Source of the DNA: an uncultured archaeon
GTDB lineage: Archaea; Iainarchaeota; Iainarchaeia; Iainarchaeales; CSSED10-239
NCBI GenBank assembly: GCA_964496765.1
Contig: CAZCAP010000001.1
Coordinates: forward strand, 63,609 to 95,608
Reading direction: 5' to 3'
DNA length: 32,000 nucleotides
Translations under genes and position numbers: made by a program
Shown here: one piece after another, positions 30,999 through 32,000 of the stretch
Position numbering within the stretch: position 1 is the first letter of the stretch
Layout: every line of letters starts with the position of its first letter
The notes under the pieces: model-generated
Told to the model about the DNA's origin: nothing
Database searches by the model: none
The model's input: only the letters and a program-made list of their open reading frames with translations

Positions 30999-32000
30999 AT
31001 GAATAAAAAGAATACAATAATAATTACATGTGTTTTTTTAATATTAACAGTCTATGGATTTACTATGAATGAACAAAAAAATAAATTTGGAAAAGATGTA
31101 TTCCAAGCTCAAGTTGCTGGACATTTCTATCCAGGAACAAGCAAGAACATAATAAAAGACCTAGATTCTTTCTTTAATAAAGCAGAAATGAATTATTCTG
31201 GAGAAGAAGTCTTTGCTCTTATTACTCCACATGCTGGCTACGATTATTCTGGACAAACAGCAATGGATGCATATAAAAAACTTTATTTTTCTCTTATTTT
31301 ATCTAATAAAAATAATTATAATGTAATTGTTATTGGTCCTGCCCACAGGCTCTATTTTAAAGGAATTTCAACTCTTTCTTCCTCTGAGTATCAAACACCT
31401 CTTGGTAAAGTAAAGCTTGATAACACAGAATTAAAAAAATACACTAATGATTCTGCATTCAAAGATGAGCATTCAATAGAAGTGCAAATTCCTTTTCTAC
31501 AATACATATTTAATAAAGCAAATAAAAATCTTACAATCACTCCAATTCTATTGGGGGATATAAATAAATCAGAAACCATTAAGATAGTAAGTGAACTAAT
31601 AGATGAAAACACAATAATCATTGTCTCATCTGATCTTTCTCATTTTAATAAAGATAAAATTGCAAGAGAGATTGATAAAATTTGTATAAATAATATTTTA
31701 TCTGGAGAAGAAGATATTGATGCCTGCGGAGAAGCAGGAATAAATATATTAAACGAACTTGTAGCGAAAGACAAGAACATTAAAAAAGAATTTATTAATT
31801 ATTCAAACTCTGGAGACGTCACTGGAGATAAAAATTCTGTTGTTGGGTATGCTTCCTTTTCCTATTATTATGCATCCAGTGAAAATATATTAATTAAGCT
31901 TGCAAGAAAAGCAATATATGATAAACTATCTAATCAAAAAACAAACAAAGAAGAAATAAAAGAAATTATTCCAAAGGAATACCTAGAAACAAAAGGTGTG
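30999..32000 (+). CDS. Memo-family (AmmeMemoRadiSam system protein B-like) domain fused to an AMMECR1 (protein A-like) domain. Partial: it continues beyond the right edge.
   Basis: VAGHFYPG, ITPHAGYDYSG, DEHSIEVQIPFLQY, SSDLSHF, ACGE and SVVGYASF are Memo signatures. From ~31875, ENILIKLARKAIYDKL...ETKGV is the AMMECR1 N-terminus (normally continuing FVTL). The frame is open to the window end. An alternative start at Met23 (31065) would remove the hydrophobic N-terminus. Confidence 0.8.
   Translation, partial: MNKKNTIIITCVFLILTVYGFTMNEQKNKFGKDVFQAQVAGHFYPGTSKNIIKDLDSFFNKAEMNYSGEEVFALITPHAGYDYSGQTAMDAYKKLYFSLILSNKNNYNVIVIGPAHRLYFKGISTLSSSEYQTPLGKVKLDNTELKKYTNDSAFKDEHSIEVQIPFLQYIFNKANKNLTITPILLGDINKSETIKIVSELIDENTIIIVSSDLSHFNKDKIAREIDKICINNILSGEEDIDACGEAGINILNELVAKDKNIKKEFINYSNSGDVTGDKNSVVGYASFSYYYASSENILIKLARKAIYDKLSNQKTNKEEIKEIIPKEYLETKGV

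Noticed and set aside
1-32000. CRISPR arrays, cas genes, transposases, integrases, phage genes or classical defense systems
   Set aside because: I found no short direct repeats with regular unique spacers. No ORF shows nuclease/helicase cas-like, DDE/serine/tyrosine recombinase or capsid/terminase motifs. The tRNA genes are not flanked by integrase genes or by duplicated tRNA 3' ends.
1-32000. 23S and 5S rRNA genes expected next to the 16S
   Set aside because: The only GC-enriched, ORF-poor stretches are the 16S, four tRNAs and the RNase P RNA. Nothing resembles conserved 23S blocks. I treat this as genuinely absent from the window and report it as a finding rather than a feature.

Overview
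This is a visibly AT-rich, densely coding window, mostly on the minus strand, from an archaeal genome. The evidence for archaea: a complete 16S rRNA with the archaeal CAGCCGCCGCGGTAA signature, a tRNA-Tyr with a C1:G72 pair and a canonical bulge-helix-bulge intron, FEN-1, and ribosomal proteins L40e and L41e-like. Small gene size, low GC, an unlinked 16S and many orphan basic or membrane proteins suggest a DPANN-like small-genome archaeon. That placement is inference, not a computed result.

Recognisable content:
- **Left end to ~12.4 kb:** glmS (5' part), a CPBP protease, a membrane-anchored thioredoxin-like protein, a 612-aa protein built of 49 tandem decapeptide units, an HD-domain SpoT-type hydrolase homolog, a ZIP transporter, two tandem paralogous PLP-dependent ornithine-type decarboxylases, TspO and a DEAD-box helicase.
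- **12.5-18.8 kb:** a tightly packed six-gene operon of GT2 synthase-like, SDR, methyltransferase, DegT aminotransferase, radical-SAM/SPASM-like and B12-binding radical-SAM genes.
- **18.8-21.5 kb:** tRNA-Tyr, a GNAT-like protein and thymidine kinase.
- **21.5-25.4 kb:** an RNase P RNA hidden under spurious ORFs, tRNA-Ala(UGC), and a 16S rRNA separated from that tRNA by a membrane-protein gene. No 23S is present in the window.
- **25.7 kb to right end:** an Lnu-like nucleotidyltransferase plus variant HIT pair, tRNA-Glu, tRNA-Gly, a second canonical HIT gene flanked by coiled-coil proteins, and a Memo-AMMECR1 fusion running off the right edge.

No CRISPR array, transposase, integrase or prophage signature was seen. 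The best candidates for something undescribed are the dual radical-SAM amino-sugar/polysaccharide operon, the decapeptide solenoid-like protein, the dismantled rRNA operon and the nucleotidyltransferase-HIT pair.
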